The translations under genes were made by a program, and so were the position numbers. Shown one piece after another: positions 27,025-36,586 of a DNA stretch of 52,698 bases (its first letter is position 1; each line of letters begins with the position of its first letter). The notes under the pieces were generated by a model. The model worked only from the letters and a program-made list of their open reading frames with translations, was not told the origin of the DNA and made no database searches. Source of the DNA: a virus. Lineage: Duplodnaviria; Caudoviricetes. The stretch is taken from positions 1 to 52,698 of the IMG/VR virus record IMGVR_UViG_3300048800_000113; one strand, given 5' to 3'.

Positions 27025-27186
27025 CGTCACACCCGCACGGCTTAGTCAAGAAGCACCGGTTGCAGACAGCAGCCCCGTCCGGGCACCTGTAATGCACTAG
27101 CTCACCGGCATAGAGGACCGTTTCCCCGACCTCGATCGGCAGTCCACAGTCGCCACACTCCCCCGGTACTTCGCCACGAAAGCCAT
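27017..27186 (-). pseudogene. Small Cys-rich ORF broken at a G5 run
   Basis: MAFVAKYRG then another frame CGDCGLPIEVGE..CNRCFLTKPCGC; one extra G at 27160-27164 would fuse them. Confidence 0.5.
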
Positions 27187-27187
27187 C

Positions 27188-27394
27188 TCACCCCTCCGTG
27201 ACAGTCATGAACGCGCCAGGACTGACGTCGTAGATCTCTTCCTTCAGCGAGCAGAGCAGCCCGGCCGCGTCCAAGGCCTGAGCCACGTGCAGCGGATTCC
27301 ACTCCTTGCCGCAATGACAGATGAACTTATTGCGGACCCTGATGTGGGAAGTGATCACTCGAGCCGCTATCGAACAGCGTTGATCCTTGGTCAT
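27188..27394 (-). CDS. Small hypothetical protein
   Basis: ATGA overlap; CHCG...HVAQAL. Confidence 0.55.
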   Translation of the reverse strand: MTKDQRCSIAARVITSHIRVRNKFICHCGKEWNPLHVAQALDAAGLLCSLKEEIYDVSPGAFMTVTEG

Positions 27395-30354
27395 GCCAGC
27401 CTCAACTGTCGGAGCTTGCTCGCGTTGGCTATGCGCATCCTGCGCACCGCCGCGTAGTCCTCGCCCCGGAAGATCATGTTGTTCTCCTCGTCGACGATCC
27501 GCCCCTCGACGGAGTGCTTGTCCACCATCACCAGAGACGCCAGCGAGAAGTTGAGCGATGTCGTCACGTTGTAACGGCCATTGCGGTTCTTGAGCAGCTC
27601 GCTGCGAACGGTCCCGTCAACGGCGTTGCTGTCGTGGTTGGCATCGGCCGGACGATAGAGACTGAGCAGCATGTCCGCGGTGTCCTCGACACCACCGGAG
27701 TCGCGAGCGTCCGTGATGGTAACGGGCGTTCCTCCAGCCGCAGAGCGGCCGGCTTGATGCGGCACGAACAGTCCGACCTGACATGCCTTCGCCTCCTCCT
27801 TCAGGGTGATCACGGCCTTGCTGACCCGCTCGTAGGGTGAGCCGCCCTTCATGCTGGCCGCGAAGTAGCCGAGGTAGTCGACCATCGCCACCTGAGGGGG
27901 GACGCCCACCTCCTCCTCGAACTCCTCGCAGAGCCGGATCATGTCGCCCTCACGCATCTTCTGATCCACGATCCGCAGCAGGCTCAACTCGTTGGTGATG
28001 TCATCGTCGGTGGCCAGCGGATTCCAGAACTGCGCCACCCGCCGCAGCCGGGCGTAGACCTCGGACGTGGTCATCTCCAAGGAGACGAACAGGGTTGGCC
28101 GCGAACGGACGTTGTAGGCGATGTTGATGAGGAACTGGGTGTTGTGGGTGACGATGTGATCGCGCCCCACGACGTACAGATGACCTGCAGCACCCACACT
28201 GATGCAACGAATCTCCCGATCCTCCACGCGCTCTACCGATACGATCGCACGACGCGGTTCGGTGTGCTTGCGTGCCGTGCCGCGACGCTTGGCTAACGTG
28301 TGGAACGGCTCGATACCCGCAGGCAGCATGATCCCAACGTGGCCCTCGTCAGCCTTGCCCGGTCGCTTGTACCAACGGACGTTAGCCGTGCCACCCAGGG
28401 AGGTGACCAGCTCACGCATGTCCTCGGCAAGTCGGTGAGAACTCGTAGAATACCGCACCCCCCGAGTGGCCGGCCCCTCGCTCGACCCGTCACAATCCAT
28501 GAGTCCCTGCAGCAATGCCGTCCGTTGCTCCACGCTGCCGAGGAGATACTCGGACGGAATGAACTTCTCGCCACTATGAACGTCCAGTCCCAATACCCTG
28601 ACCGCGCCAATGAGCATCCTGATACTCGCGTGAGGACAATAACCACCCGATTGAGCCAGTGCCGGATTCCAGGCAGGCACGCGATAGTGCTGGCGAATCC
28701 GCTCGACGACAGCCGGATCGGGCGTACTGATCTGCGCCGACCCGTTGGTCAATGCGCCGTTGGCGATCAAGGCGCCGAGCGTGTAGGGCTCAATCGGCAA
28801 CGATCGTTCAGGATGCCGAATCGGTCCCGTCATCGGGATGGTGTAACGCCACCCACGCGAGCGTCCATCGCCATACACAGGGGCGTAGAGATCGGACCGC
28901 AGAAGCTGAGCGGTCGTGCGAGTTGTCTCAATCCACTCAGCGAACTTCCCGCCACGCTCTCGGACGCACCAGATGTGATCACCATCAACCAACAGACTGC
29001 TGTGATCGCTGAAGGTCACCCGATATGTAGGCAGAACTCCGCGATCGAACACTCCAGTAACAACCGTTGGCTTGCCGTAGCGGTCATAGACCTCATCTCC
29101 CACCTTCAGGTTGCTCCACTTCACCCAACCCTTGGGAGTGACAATCTCCTCGTCCAGCACATGACCTTTCCCCACGGATGTCCTGGCTATCGGGATGCAC
29201 AACTGCCCCGGCTTCAGGCCCGGCGCAATCCACTTATCGAGGTCGCTGAACCCCAACTCGATCCCGCCGACAGCATCTTCGATGTGCTGCCACTGCAGGT
29301 AGGCATCCCGGGTCGTGTAGAGCCGCCGCCCCTGAGAGTCGGCGCTCCACAGCATCCGCTGCACGTCACGCCACGTGTGACCACCGTGCGGGTTGGTCTC
29401 GGTCTTAGGGCCTAGGTAGTTGGACCAGTCGCACTCGGGCAGCTCCTCTGGCAGGGACAGGATGCGAGCCTTGCTCCCGAGCAACTCCTTGCACCGCAGC
29501 GCCCCGGTCTTCCCGGCCTCGTCAGGATCGAAGCCGATGTAGACCTTCACGCAGGCCTCGAAATAGGAAGCGAACGACGTCGGCAGGGCTTGGAACCCAG
29601 CGACCCCGACAACGGCCGTTGCACGCAGGATCGGGTCCAGGGACAGGCGCAGCGCCGCCTTCAGCATCAGGGCATCGAACTCACCCTCGACGATGATGAC
29701 GTGCTTGGCGCCGTGCAGGTCGTCCGAGTTGAACAGACGAACCGCATCGCCAGCAGGCGTGACGTACTTCGCCCCACCCTCACCCATATTGCGGCCGCGC
29801 AACTGCACCACGTCGCCGTGAGAGAGGTAAGGGATGGTGACGTGGTTGGAGAAGAAGTTCTGCCCCTCAGCGGTGGCGATGCCCGCGTTGCGCAGATCCG
29901 CCCACTCGTTGCCAGCCGTCTTCAGCTCGTGGGCCAGCGACCAGGAGCTCGGCACGTACCCCAGCCGGGCCTCAACGATCGTTTCCACCGAGAGTCCGCG
30001 GCCCGTGAGGTAGGCCAGCACCTTCGGGTTGGACAGCAGCATGTCCGCAGCCATGTCGGTGGCCTCTGACAACGCACGTCTGCGCATCGCCGGGTTCTGA
30101 CCAGGTAGCCAGGCCAGATCATCGCGGTCCTCGTCGCCGAAGTGCCGCAGCAGGGTCTTGCGATTCCCCCGAGCATCGCACCTCTTGCACGAGTACATCC
30201 ACGACTCGGTGTTGAGGTAGAGGCGCCCCTTGCCCTTGGGGTCACCGTCCGTGCAGCCCAGGAAGCAGTGAGCCGTGACCTCTGTGCCCGCAGCCTTGAA
30301 GGTGCGATGCCCCTTGCTGGACAGGTACGACGCGAGATCCATCGAGACGCTCAT
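27391..30354 (-). CDS. Bifunctional DNA primase (Zn finger + TOPRIM) / SF4 DnaB-like helicase, intein-containing
   Basis: CFLGC..CKRC, YLTGRGL, IIVEGEFDAL, IGFDPDEAG, ARTSVGK[intein]T, FVSLEM, MVDYL, HQ, LLKNRNG. Confidence 0.93.
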   Translation of the reverse strand: MSVSMDLASYLSSKGHRTFKAAGTEVTAHCFLGCTDGDPKGKGRLYLNTESWMYSCKRCDARGNRKTLLRHFGDEDRDDLAWLPGQNPAMRRRALSEATDMAADMLLSNPKVLAYLTGRGLSVETIVEARLGYVPSSWSLAHELKTAGNEWADLRNAGIATAEGQNFFSNHVTIPYLSHGDVVQLRGRNMGEGGAKYVTPAGDAVRLFNSDDLHGAKHVIIVEGEFDALMLKAALRLSLDPILRATAVVGVAGFQALPTSFASYFEACVKVYIGFDPDEAGKTGALRCKELLGSKARILSLPEELPECDWSNYLGPKTETNPHGGHTWRDVQRMLWSADSQGRRLYTTRDAYLQWQHIEDAVGGIELGFSDLDKWIAPGLKPGQLCIPIARTSVGKGHVLDEEIVTPKGWVKWSNLKVGDEVYDRYGKPTVVTGVFDRGVLPTYRVTFSDHSSLLVDGDHIWCVRERGGKFAEWIETTRTTAQLLRSDLYAPVYGDGRSRGWRYTIPMTGPIRHPERSLPIEPYTLGALIANGALTNGSAQISTPDPAVVERIRQHYRVPAWNPALAQSGGYCPHASIRMLIGAVRVLGLDVHSGEKFIPSEYLLGSVEQRTALLQGLMDCDGSSEGPATRGVRYSTSSHRLAEDMRELVTSLGGTANVRWYKRPGKADEGHVGIMLPAGIEPFHTLAKRRGTARKHTEPRRAIVSVERVEDREIRCISVGAAGHLYVVGRDHIVTHNTQFLINIAYNVRSRPTLFVSLEMTTSEVYARLRRVAQFWNPLATDDDITNELSLLRIVDQKMREGDMIRLCEEFEEEVGVPPQVAMVDYLGYFAASMKGGSPYERVSKAVITLKEEAKACQVGLFVPHQAGRSAAGGTPVTITDARDSGGVEDTADMLLSLYRPADANHDSNAVDGTVRSELLKNRNGRYNVTTSLNFSLASLVMVDKHSVEGRIVDEENNMIFRGEDYAAVRRMRIANASKLRQLRLA
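28141..29166 (-). mobile_element. Class-3-type intein (342 aa) with LAGLIDADG endonuclease, inserted in the helicase P-loop
   Basis: GK|GHVLDEEIVTPKGW...DGDHIW...LGALIANG...LQGLMDCDG...IRCISV...IVTHN|T. Confidence 0.9.
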
Positions 30355-30623
30355 GCCCGCTCCCCCAGCAGAGCGGCCCGAAGGTTGACCTCGCGCTCGT
30401 AAGGTGTGGACGGCACAACGGTCCCAATATCCTGCCGAGGATCCAGAGCGTCGTGGGACCAGGCGCCCTCACCCGAGTCGTTGGGCCAGTCGTTGGGCAT
30501 CTTCCAGACAACCAACTGGAGCGACGGCCAGAGCGGATGCTGAGTCTGGACCACGAAGGTCGCCTGTTCCCCCGTGGGCATGTTGACCTTCATGCCGGGC
30601 ATGAGTTCGTTGACTCGGGTCAT
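30351..30623 (-). CDS. Hypothetical protein
   Basis: AAGGGGAG RBS; ATGA overlap with primase gene. Confidence 0.65.
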   Translation of the reverse strand: MTRVNELMPGMKVNMPTGEQATFVVQTQHPLWPSLQLVVWKMPNDWPNDSGEGAWSHDALDPRQDIGTVVPSTPYEREVNLRAALLGERA

Positions 30624-30643
30624 TGCTCCCCTTAGAAGATGGA

Positions 30644-30681
30644 CGCCGGGGCGGCGGACCTTGGGAATACACGCCCCGGCG
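30644..30681. terminator. GC-rich hairpin after the SSB-like gene
   Basis: CGCCGGGGCG ... CGCCCCGGCG inverted repeat; no clear U tract. Confidence 0.4.
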
Positions 30682-30696
30682 AGATGAACCTGCGGA

Positions 30697-31224
30697 TCAG
30701 TACGGAGGCTCTCCGTTGAGCCCGGCAGCAGCCCAGGGATCATTCGCATGACCGGCCGCAGCCGCTGTCGCGGAGTGGCTTCCCATGCCCGCAGGGAACA
30801 GCTCGTCCAACTCGGTGTTGAACCAGAACCCCTCGCCCTCCTTCTTGGGGCGGGGCTCCAGGTGCCGAACGGTCCCCTGAGCCGGAAGGCCGATCAGGTC
30901 ATCGGTGTCGATCTCCTCACCCAGATCCAGAGCGCGGCCCAGCAAGGCCTCGACCCATGGACGAGCCAGAGCAAGATCACCGGAGGCTTGGTCGTTGGAC
31001 GTGATGCGAGGCTCACTGTTGCCCCGCACGTTCAGGCCGAGGTACTCCCCCTCGGTGACGAGGAACTCCCACTCCCACTTCACGAAGGTGCCAGGCTGAC
31101 CCAGCTTGGGGCCCTTCTTGTAGGTGAAGGGAACCTCGACGTGAGTGACCGACTCCAACTTCAGGGGCACCAGGGTGTCCAAGGGGATCGGGTAGTTGCT
31201 TGCTTCGACGACGGTGGATTTCAT
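30697..31224 (-). CDS. Single-stranded DNA-binding-like protein (DUF669-type)
   Basis: Follows the AAA_24 gene; WEF.V.EGEY, DTDDLIG, flexible tail ending PPY. Confidence 0.55.
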   Translation of the reverse strand: MKSTVVEASNYPIPLDTLVPLKLESVTHVEVPFTYKKGPKLGQPGTFVKWEWEFLVTEGEYLGLNVRGNSEPRITSNDQASGDLALARPWVEALLGRALDLGEEIDTDDLIGLPAQGTVRHLEPRPKKEGEGFWFNTELDELFPAGMGSHSATAAAAGHANDPWAAAGLNGEPPY

Positions 31225-32675
31225 TTCGTTGCTCCTACTTTCGGTGAGTTGCGGTGAGCTGCATAACACTGGTTGCACATAAATGCGCGGGTCTTCAGTC
31301 CGGCGATCTGGATCAGGTCAGGGATCTGGCCCTCTGGCGAACTGCACCCGGTAACGCGGTCCTCCTGCATGTCCAGTACCAATGCCTGCCCGCAGGCCTT
31401 CAGGCCCTCCGGGACGGTCCCCCCGGCGTACCGGGGCTGACCACAGGCGATGGTGAACACGCCGTTCCCCGGGATGTCGGCGGTCGTCGCCGGAACCGAG
31501 GGCACTTCTGGGGTGACAACGGGCGTTTGTACGTCTGGTTCCGGCGCCGCAGCTTCGGCCGCCGCAGACGCAGCCTCAGCCTCGGGCGATGCCTCGGGGA
31601 TAACCGTGCCGCCGAGCACCTCCGCCACCGCCGCCACAGCCTGCTCCTCGGTGACCGCCACGGCAGGCTCAGCCACGGGGATGACCGGAGCGACAGTCGC
31701 AGGCACGGGCGCCGTGACAGGCGGGACGGGCGCCGCAGGAACGGGCGTTGTCACAGGAGGGACCGGCGGAGCGGCCGGCGCGGGCTTCGCTGCACCCGCC
31801 GTCGGTGCTGGCGTCGCCGCCTTGGCGACGGTTCCGACCGGACCACCCTTGGCAACAGCCACCGGCTCAACAGGATCGGGGGTCTCAACCTCGGCTATGA
31901 CCGAGCCTGCCTTCATCTTGTCCAGGTACGCCTTCATTGGCCGTAGCAGCCCCAGGTAGTCCTCCTCCGTGAAGGTCACCGAGGTCTTGCCGAGCAGCTG
32001 ACCCGAGCGGTCACCCGCGATCGGCTTGTCCGGACTGGCCTCCCACTGGATGTAGCGAGCGAGCACGCGCTTGCCGTCAACCGCTTCCCAGCCGGTCTCC
32101 ATGAACCCCACGAGGTCAAACTCCGCCGCGACCTGATCCTTGAAGTCGCCCTTGAGCTTCGGGGCCTTCACCAGATAGCCGCCGTCGCCGTCGTCGCTGC
32201 CGCCGACCTTGCTGTCCTTCACGTGCAGGTTGCACACGATGTTCATCGTGAGATTGGAGAGCCTGGCCACGAGCTCGGTCATCTCGGCGTCCAGGAATCC
32301 CCAGTCCACCCAGCCGCTCATCATGGACTTCTTGTTGGCCACGAGGTACTCCTGGATGACGATGCGCTGGTAGGCGTCCAGGGTGTCGATGATCAGGGTC
32401 TGGAATCTCTGCTGATCCTTGGGCCGCTTGCTCTCGGCCTCAGCCAGTGTCAGCAGCGCCTTCATGTCGGCGACGGTCCGGATAGCCGCGTAGGGGATGG
32501 CGCGATCGGCCACCGACATGCGGCCCTCCTCGCAGTCCGCCAGCAACGGCTTCGGCCAGAAGCTCGCAGACCGTGTCTTGCCGCTCTTGGGTGGGCCCAG
32601 GATGAGCACCTTGATGCGTCCAGAGCCCCCGTCCATGTAATCCTCTAAGCCGGTAACGCGAATTGCCAGGGTCAT
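31221..32675 (-). CDS. AAA_24 / Sak4-like recombination ATPase with Pro/Ala/Val-rich linker
   Basis: IKVLILGPPKSGKT, LADCEEG, TLIIDTLD, NLHVK, FDLVG. Confidence 0.8.
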   Translation of the reverse strand: MTLAIRVTGLEDYMDGGSGRIKVLILGPPKSGKTRSASFWPKPLLADCEEGRMSVADRAIPYAAIRTVADMKALLTLAEAESKRPKDQQRFQTLIIDTLDAYQRIVIQEYLVANKKSMMSGWVDWGFLDAEMTELVARLSNLTMNIVCNLHVKDSKVGGSDDGDGGYLVKAPKLKGDFKDQVAAEFDLVGFMETGWEAVDGKRVLARYIQWEASPDKPIAGDRSGQLLGKTSVTFTEEDYLGLLRPMKAYLDKMKAGSVIAEVETPDPVEPVAVAKGGPVGTVAKAATPAPTAGAAKPAPAAPPVPPVTTPVPAAPVPPVTAPVPATVAPVIPVAEPAVAVTEEQAVAAVAEVLGGTVIPEASPEAEAASAAAEAAAPEPDVQTPVVTPEVPSVPATTADIPGNGVFTIACGQPRYAGGTVPEGLKACGQALVLDMQEDRVTGCSSPEGQIPDLIQIAGLKTRAFMCNQCYAAHRNSPKVGATK

Positions 32676-32710
32676 TCTTTTCTCCTTGAGTTGCGTTGAT
32701 GTGAGATGCG

Positions 32711-33016
32711 TCAGGCCAATCGGCCCATGAGAAGGACAAAGGTGTACGTCGCTGCAGTAAGGGGTGCCAGAAAGATGAGGACCGCCCAGAGAGCCTCGAT
32801 ACGCACCTTGCGGTGGGTCTCAGCCATGACTGAGGTGAGCACAGCGCCTGGACAGCTTTCGTCAGCACACACGTGCGCTGGAAGAGCCCGAGGATGCCCC
32901 CCCACGGCAGCCCGGGAGAAGCGATAGATGCCGACAGCCTTGAGTGCGCGCTTGCCAAACCACAGCGCTGTGATCAGCAGTACGGAATAAACCATCACGT
33001 TCAGGAAATGGATCAC
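32711..33016 (-). CDS. Membrane protein
   Basis: Two hydrophobic segments. Confidence 0.55.
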   Translation of the reverse strand: MIHFLNVMVYSVLLITALWFGKRALKAVGIYRFSRAAVGGHPRALPAHVCADESCPGAVLTSVMAETHRKVRIEALWAVLIFLAPLTAATYTFVLLMGRLA

Positions 33017-33240
33017 TCGCCGCGCGCCTCCTTCCAGGTAGCCTCAAAGAAAGGCTTCCCTGACCGGGTACCGGTGAACTCAATCTTGGCTTCCTCGGGC
33101 AGTGACTCCAGCCAGTCCTGGAACTTCCGTTTGGGGAAAGCTCCCTGATACTGATCGAAATGGACCACCACCGTGCAGACAATGGTGGCCAAGGCAGGGT
33201 CGGCATTCTTGTTCGACAGATTGTGATGGCGCGAAACCAT
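33013..33240 (-). CDS. Hypothetical protein
   Basis: GAGGA RBS before ATG 33240. Confidence 0.5.
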   Translation of the reverse strand: MVSRHHNLSNKNADPALATIVCTVVVHFDQYQGAFPKRKFQDWLESLPEEAKIEFTGTRSGKPFFEATWKEARGE

Positions 33241-33241
33241 T

Positions 33242-33514
33242 TCAGTTCCTCTCGTGTGAGCAATGCGGGGTGTCATAGCCGACGACGTGCCGCGCCGGAA
33301 GGTCGCACAGGTACTGGCCGCCGGCCTGGCAGGGCATCGACGTGCCACCGTGCGTTGTCAGGTAGTGCACCTTCCACACCAGATGGGATCCGTCAGAGGT
33401 CCGGACAAGCCCGACCTTCTCGGCGGAGCACCGCGGGCAGGCGCCGTATGCAGCCGTGCGTTCCTTCGGGACCTGCTTGCGGCCGACCCCCTCGAGACCG
33501 TCGAACATGCTCAC
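33242..33514 (-). CDS. Small Cys-rich protein
   Basis: GTGA overlap; CPRC...C...C. Confidence 0.55.
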   Translation of the reverse strand: MSMFDGLEGVGRKQVPKERTAAYGACPRCSAEKVGLVRTSDGSHLVWKVHYLTTHGGTSMPCQAGGQYLCDLPARHVVGYDTPHCSHERN

Positions 33515-34422
33515 GGCTTCACCGGCCTAGGCACTGGCCTGCCGTACTCCTCATCGGGCACCGGCACGCCGCCGCAGATACCCTCACGGAAGGCGCAGTA
33601 GAAGCACACGTCGCCGGTCAGGGACAGCGGGTAGATGTCGGCCTTGACCGCCTTGACGTACTCACGAATCGCTGCCCAGAACCGGTCGTAGTCCTGCGGC
33701 CCCCGCCACCCGGCATCCTGCCGGTCGACGCCGTTCTTCAGGCTGATCCACGTGCCACGCCGAGACAGCACCTTGAAGCGCTCGTGGAGCGCAGTCCCCT
33801 CCTCGATACCCCACTGGTCGGTCCAGAACATCGGCTGCGTGGTGGCCCAGCAGTAGCCAGAGAACTGGGCATTCCAGCGCAGGTCTCCCTTTCGAGTGCC
33901 GTAATCTTTCCCGGTCTTAAAATCTTCTATATTCAGGTAGGGCGTGCCGGACAGCTTGCGAAGACTCAGCCGGTCCATCGTGCCGTGGAAGGTGTGCTGC
34001 TCACCGTCCAACTCGAACGGGAGGTTGAACGACAGCTCCAGCCCCAGCAGCTTGGAGATATCCGCATACAGGTACTTGGCATACAGGTCGATGCTCGCAT
34101 GACCCTTGCGCTTGAGCCCGGCCCAGGTCTGGCGGGCGGCCCAGATGGTGACCGGATAGGTCTCGGGGATCCCCATGATGTTGGCCGGATCCCAGTAGTA
34201 ATCGAATGTGACGTGGGACTTCTCCACCGCGTCGGGACGCTTCTCGTAGTGGAGCTTCTCCATCACGTGGATGGCGTGGTGCATGACCGACCCGTAGGCC
34301 GTCATGGACAGCACCTCAGGACGCAAACCCTCGTCTCTAACCTGATCGTTCAGCTTCTTCTGCTGAGCACACCGGGAGTAGGAGGAGAGGTCACTCTGTC
34401 TAACGATTATGCCGTCCACCAC
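33511..34422 (-). CDS. PD-(D/E)XK Cas4/RecB-like exonuclease
   Basis: S.LSSY.RC, YGS..H, HGTMDRL, IEDFKTG, QF.GY, CFYC.F...C; start uncertain (ORF open to 34545). Confidence 0.85.
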   Translation of the reverse strand: MVDGIIVRQSDLSSYSRCAQQKKLNDQVRDEGLRPEVLSMTAYGSVMHHAIHVMEKLHYEKRPDAVEKSHVTFDYYWDPANIMGIPETYPVTIWAARQTWAGLKRKGHASIDLYAKYLYADISKLLGLELSFNLPFELDGEQHTFHGTMDRLSLRKLSGTPYLNIEDFKTGKDYGTRKGDLRWNAQFSGYCWATTQPMFWTDQWGIEEGTALHERFKVLSRRGTWISLKNGVDRQDAGWRGPQDYDRFWAAIREYVKAVKADIYPLSLTGDVCFYCAFREGICGGVPVPDEEYGRPVPRPVKP

Positions 34423-34593
34423 CTTGCGAGGAGACAGAGCAGGCGACGACCGCCATCCGAAGATGATCGATCGCCGCCTACTCCCAGCTCCTGCTGCGGA
34501 ACGGCCTGTGACCCGGCTCTTGCCGCGGCCCCAGTAGTCAGTCACCTGACCCTGTGAAGGTCCACCGCCGCCCCAAACTGAGGCGGCTCGATG

Positions 34594-34623
34594 AACCTAG
34601 ACCCGACCACCGACAGTGGGCAA
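34594..34623 (-). promoter_or_regulatory. Candidate sigma-70 promoter for the replication/recombination module
   Basis: TTGCCC-N18-TAGGTT on the minus strand; a palindrome copy (34639) lies just upstream. Confidence 0.45.
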
Positions 34624-34657
34624 GCGGGAGGATGCGCCAACGGGCGTTACCAGAAAA

Positions 34658-35035
34658 TCAGGTTCCAGGGGCCGCCGGCGATAGCTCGGAACCAGACGTA
34701 GCAACGGGCGTTTGCATGTCAACGACAACTTTTGGTGTCGAGCTGACCTGCGACGACACCCCCGACGAAGTAGGATCCGCAACCACCGGAGCCGACGTGG
34801 ACGTGTGCGGAGCCCAGTAGCCGGCCAACCCGGCGCCGATAGCCGCCATGACCCCCACGAGCAACGCAGAGACCGGCTCAGGCACCGCCGCTATCGCAGC
34901 GCCTGCCTTGTCTGTGGTGTCGCTCACGTGCCATACCAGCACGCCGAGCAGCCAGAGAAAGAACGGACTGACAGCGCCACTCAATCCTCCCCCACCGATG
35001 GCAGCAGCAATAACCTTGGCCTCGAACTGTTTCAT
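34658..35035 (-). CDS. Holin-like membrane protein
   Basis: AAGGAG RBS; 2-3 hydrophobic segments; position after tail genes. Confidence 0.6.
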   Translation of the reverse strand: MKQFEAKVIAAAIGGGGLSGAVSPFFLWLLGVLVWHVSDTTDKAGAAIAAVPEPVSALLVGVMAAIGAGLAGYWAPHTSTSAPVVADPTSSGVSSQVSSTPKVVVDMQTPVATSGSELSPAAPGT

Positions 35036-35044
35036 GACAACTCC

Positions 35045-35734
35045 TTACGGGGCTTGATTGACTGTGCAGGTATAGGTAGGAGCGGCTGGATCGAACGGTG
35101 TGGCACGCACGCAGGTGGTCACGCGACCATTGCCATCAGTGAACGTCCAGCTCACCGGCGGCTCACCGGCAACACCTGCTGGCCCAGTAGCGCCGGTCGC
35201 ACCAGTAGGACCAGCAACGGTGGAGTCAGCCCCTGCAGGCCCGACAGGACCTACCGCACCAGCAGCACCAGCCGCACCGTTCGCCCCTGCAGGCCCAGGA
35301 ACGATGGAGTTACCCCCCACTGATCCGCTAGGCCCTGCAACGGTCGAGTCCCGACCTGCTGGCCCCTGAGGGCCCGGAACGGACGAGTCTGCACCAGACA
35401 GTCCCGGAGGCCCTGGTGGCCCTTGCGCACCGACATCACCAGGAGGACCAGCCGCAGGGGCAGGACCACCCTTGGTGATCGTCGACGCTTTCGCACACAG
35501 CGTGACCATGTCTGACGCAGGCGCATGACCGGCACAGGCGGCGGCCACCTGCTGCGCCAGGCTGAACGTCTGAGCCTTCGAGGTGGCTGCATTGTTGGCC
35601 GATACGCGGGCAGACGAGAACAGCGCCCACGTGAGTGCGGCCACGAGCAGGATGCCCAGCAACAGCGTTGCTAGACGCCACCGATCGTTTCGATCGGAGC
35701 GATCCAGGTCAGTGTTATCTACTTCGGTCACCAT
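35045..35734 (-). CDS. Membrane-anchored collagen-like (Gly-X-Y) protein
   Basis: N-terminal TM helix, long GPxGxx repeat, C-terminal WTFT..C...YTC. Confidence 0.8.
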   Translation of the reverse strand: MVTEVDNTDLDRSDRNDRWRLATLLLGILLVAALTWALFSSARVSANNAATSKAQTFSLAQQVAAACAGHAPASDMVTLCAKASTITKGGPAPAAGPPGDVGAQGPPGPPGLSGADSSVPGPQGPAGRDSTVAGPSGSVGGNSIVPGPAGANGAAGAAGAVGPVGPAGADSTVAGPTGATGATGPAGVAGEPPVSWTFTDGNGRVTTCVRATPFDPAAPTYTCTVNQAP

Positions 35735-36000
35735 GCTTCTCGCTCCAATTCAGCTAGCCCCTTGGGCTTGACCGGCAGGGACATATTCGGATTCCGTCGA
35801 GTCATCTCTTCCTCGAGCTGGCCGGTGTACTTGATCCGCAAGATGTCCAGCCGGCGGCGACGACGAAGCTCGTCACGCTGCGCCCGGGAGCGAGCCTGCG
35901 TCTGGGTAACTATCCAGCCGACCAGAGAGGCGGCCCCGATAAGCAGGGCCGAAAGCGTGCTGGCGTCCATGAGGTTGGAACTCATGGCCAGGCTGGTCAT
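35728..36000 (-). CDS. Small membrane protein
   Basis: One TM helix followed by a basic region. Confidence 0.55.
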   Translation of the reverse strand: MTSLAMSSNLMDASTLSALLIGAASLVGWIVTQTQARSRAQRDELRRRRRLDILRIKYTGQLEEEMTRRNPNMSLPVKPKGLAELEREAW

Positions 36001-36470
36001 CGCGGCCACCAACGGGGCACTCGGATGATGAGCTCCGTGACCCTGGGTGCCGGCTCCGTATTGCCAGCCCAAGACAGACAGAGTAGATATGCGACGGTAG
36101 TGACGCCACCACCGAGAATGGGGCCGACCAGGGACACGGGATTGTGAGGCACGGACAGACCCCAGAGAAGGTTCAGGAAGCTCCAGGCGCCCATGATGCC
36201 AGTAGCCATACCCAGGGCCGTCACTTGATAACGACGGACGGCCAGGGATGCGATCAGCACCAGCGCTGCAATGGAGTTGAGCCACTCCCACAGGTCGTTA
36301 TTCATCACCTGGATCAGAAGAGGGTAGCGACTTGGGACTGAGTACTGAAGTCTCCCTGCGATCCCCAGGAGCGCGAGACTTATGTGGGCTCCAGCGATGA
36401 CCAAGGTGAGGTAGATGCGCAAGCGGTGCAGGTGAGGAGCGATCACTGGCCACCTTCCCGTCCTTGTCAT
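35997..36470 (-). CDS. Four-TM membrane protein (lysis-cassette region)
   Basis: Four hydrophobic segments; ATGA overlap. Confidence 0.6.
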   Translation of the reverse strand: MTRTGRWPVIAPHLHRLRIYLTLVIAGAHISLALLGIAGRLQYSVPSRYPLLIQVMNNDLWEWLNSIAALVLIASLAVRRYQVTALGMATGIMGAWSFLNLLWGLSVPHNPVSLVGPILGGGVTTVAYLLCLSWAGNTEPAPRVTELIIRVPRWWPR

Positions 36471-36512
36471 CACGCCATCCCTATCAACATCCGCCACCAG
36501 ACCTTCGGCCCA

Positions 36513-36586
36513 CCTCGAGGAGAATCCGAGCCGATCAGGTAAAACGCACCCGATCCTCGAGAACAATCCGAGCCATCAGGTGAAAA
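36513..36586. repeat. Imperfect ~32-bp direct repeat x2
   Basis: CCTCGAGGAGAATCCGAGCCGATCAGGTAAAA and CCTCGAGAACAATCCGAGCCATCAGGTGAAAA. Confidence 0.75.
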
